A stretch of 64,000 nucleotides of DNA, taken from positions 1,376,001 to 1,440,000 of the forward strand of contig CAWDXG010000001.1 of the NCBI GenBank assembly GCA_963806225.1, read 5' to 3'. The notes under the pieces are model-generated. The model did not search any database. It was not told where the DNA came from and saw only the letters and a program-made list of their open reading frames with translations. Every line of letters starts with the position of its first letter. Position 1 is the first letter of the stretch. This DNA comes from an uncultured delta proteobacterium. Lineage in GTDB: Bacteria > Myxococcota_A > Polyangia > Polyangiales > Polyangiaceae. A program made the position numbers and the translations under genes. This document shows positions 62,294 through 64,000 of the stretch, piece by piece.

Positions 62294-64000
62294 GCCCGCT
62301 TGGCAAGGGCCTGTTCGAGATCTGGCCGTACGTCGCGGCCCTGATCGTCGGTATGGCCGTTCCGCGCCGCCGGCGCTGGCTCGAGCGCATCACCATTGGC
62401 ATCGTGGCCATGCTCGGCGTCACGCTGGTCATCGGACTGTGGCCCGGGACGCAGGCCGAGGCGACCCGCGCCGACGAGTGGCACCAGCTGCTGAACGTGA
62501 TCGTCTTCGTGCCGATCCTCGGCGCCATTGCGGTGCTGTTCATGCCACGGCAGGCGCCGAAGCTGCTCCGGCGCTTCACGATGGCGCTGCTCCTGCTCGA
62601 CTTCGTGGTCTCGCTCTGGCTGCTCGGCGTGCCCATGAGCATGGGCTGGCACTTCCAGTACATCCGGCCCTGGATGCCCAGCTTCGGCATCCGTTATCAC
62701 GTCGCCGTCGATGGCATCAGCGTGTGGCTGGTGCTGCTCACCACGCTCACGGCGCCCATCGCGGCGTACGTGTCGTTCGGCTCGCTCAAGCACAAGACGA
62801 AGGATCTGGCCTTTAGCCTGCTCCTCTTGCAGGGCGCGATGCTCGGCGCGTTCGTGTCGCTGGATCTGTTCCTGTTCTACGTGTTCTGGGAGCTGATGCT
62901 GGTGCCGATGCTGGTCCTGATCGGCGTCTGGGGCGGCGTCGAGAAGATCAAGGCGGCCTACAAGTTCTTCCTCTACACGATGGCGGGCAGCATGCTGATG
63001 CTCGCCGCCATCCTGTACATGGTGTGGCAGCACAAGCAGCTCGCTGGCTACTGGAGCTTCGACTACCTGGCCCTGCAGCGGCTGGTCCTGCCGCACACGG
63101 TGGCCTGGCTGTGCTTTGGAGCCTTCGCGCTGGCCTTCGTGATCAAGGTGCCGATGTTCCCGCTGCACACGTGGCTGCCGGATGCGCACACGCAGGCACC
63201 GACGGGCGGTTCGATCATCCTGGCCGCCGTGCTGCTGAAGCTCGGCACCTACGGCTACATCCGTTTCTGCATGGGCCTGTTCCCGGGTCCCGCATGGAGC
63301 GCCGGCCCCAACCTGGCCGGGATCGCCGTCGGCGGCGGTATCCTGTACGGCGCTCTGGTCGCGTGGAAGCAGAACGACGTGAAGCGGCTGGTGGCCTATT
63401 CGTCGGTGGCGCACCTCGGCTTCTGCATGCTCGGTCTGTTCTCGGCGACGCATGCCGGCGTCGAGGGCTCGATCCTGCAGATGGTCAACCACGGCATCTC
63501 GACGGGCGCGCTGTTCCTTCTCGTCGGCGTGATCTACGACCGCCGCCACACGCGCGAGGTGCGCGAGTTCGGTGGCCTCGCCAAGGTGATGCCGGTCTAT
63601 GCCGCCATATTCCTGATCGTCACGATGGCAAGCGTCGGCGTGCCGGGTACCAACGGCTTCGTCGGTGAGTTCATGGTGATCATGGGCACCTTCGTGTCGA
63701 TGCCGCTGGGTCACAACGGCGAGCTGCAGGCGGTCCTGGCTACGGCGGGCGTCATCCTGGCGGCTGTCTACATGCTGACCGTGGTGCAGAAGATGTTCTT
63801 CGGCCCGCTGACGAACCCGAAGAACAAGAAGCTCAAGGACCTGAATGTTCGCGAGTCCATCGCCCTCGCTCCGCTCATCGTGATGATCTTCGTGATCGGT
63901 CTTTTCCCGTCGATCTTCGTTTCCCGCATGACGCCCAGCGTGGACGCCCTGCTCGATCACTATCAGGACGGGCGGCGCGCCTACCTGGCGACGCCCCCCG
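62290..64000 (+). CDS. nuoM: NADH-quinone oxidoreductase subunit M (runs off the window) with short N-terminal TM extension
   Basis: ATGA overlap with nuoL; DGIS, FYVFWELML, KVPMFPLHTWLPDAH, LVAYSSVAH, GFVGEF. Confidence 0.95.
   Translation, partial: MSPLGKGLFEIWPYVAALIVGMAVPRRRRWLERITIGIVAMLGVTLVIGLWPGTQAEATRADEWHQLLNVIVFVPILGAIAVLFMPRQAPKLLRRFTMALLLLDFVVSLWLLGVPMSMGWHFQYIRPWMPSFGIRYHVAVDGISVWLVLLTTLTAPIAAYVSFGSLKHKTKDLAFSLLLLQGAMLGAFVSLDLFLFYVFWELMLVPMLVLIGVWGGVEKIKAAYKFFLYTMAGSMLMLAAILYMVWQHKQLAGYWSFDYLALQRLVLPHTVAWLCFGAFALAFVIKVPMFPLHTWLPDAHTQAPTGGSIILAAVLLKLGTYGYIRFCMGLFPGPAWSAGPNLAGIAVGGGILYGALVAWKQNDVKRLVAYSSVAHLGFCMLGLFSATHAGVEGSILQMVNHGISTGALFLLVGVIYDRRHTREVREFGGLAKVMPVYAAIFLIVTMASVGVPGTNGFVGEFMVIMGTFVSMPLGHNGELQAVLATAGVILAAVYMLTVVQKMFFGPLTNPKNKKLKDLNVRESIALAPLIVMIFVIGLFPSIFVSRMTPSVDALLDHYQDGRRAYLATPP

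Overview
High-GC chromosomal segment whose gene content points to a myxobacterium, most likely Polyangiales/Polyangiaceae-like (inference). The markers are an FHA-GAF-sigma54 activator, an MXAN_5187-type protein, an AgmX/PglI-type C-terminal domain, a TSP3-OmpA protein and many Cys-rich lipoproteins. About 58 CDSs are visible: housekeeping genes (kbl/tdh, lepB, gpsA, trxB, UDG, lexA, ychF, nuoEF-JKLM, exbB/exbD/tonB), many lipoproteins, and a probable 6S RNA with its own sigma70 promoter. I see no tRNA, rRNA, CRISPR array, integrase or transposase. At least eight single-base insertions break otherwise intact genes and look like long-read consensus errors. Best leads: (1) one polypeptide that seems to fuse two ExbB/AglR-like, two ExbD-like and one TonB-C-like module while lacking the ExbD proton-relay Asp; (2) an orphan PglZ-domain protein with no BREX genes, divergent from the 6S RNA; (3) a TANNNT motif 6-10 nt before at least 11 start codons, suggesting widespread leaderless mRNA; (4) NuoL with a soluble PKD-like tail; (5) a structured intergenic repeat family with covariation; (6) a diverged gene remnant bordering a small island that carries two 12-Cys miniproteins; (7) a short-spacer candidate LexA box. 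All family calls come from motifs read by eye; no database search was run.
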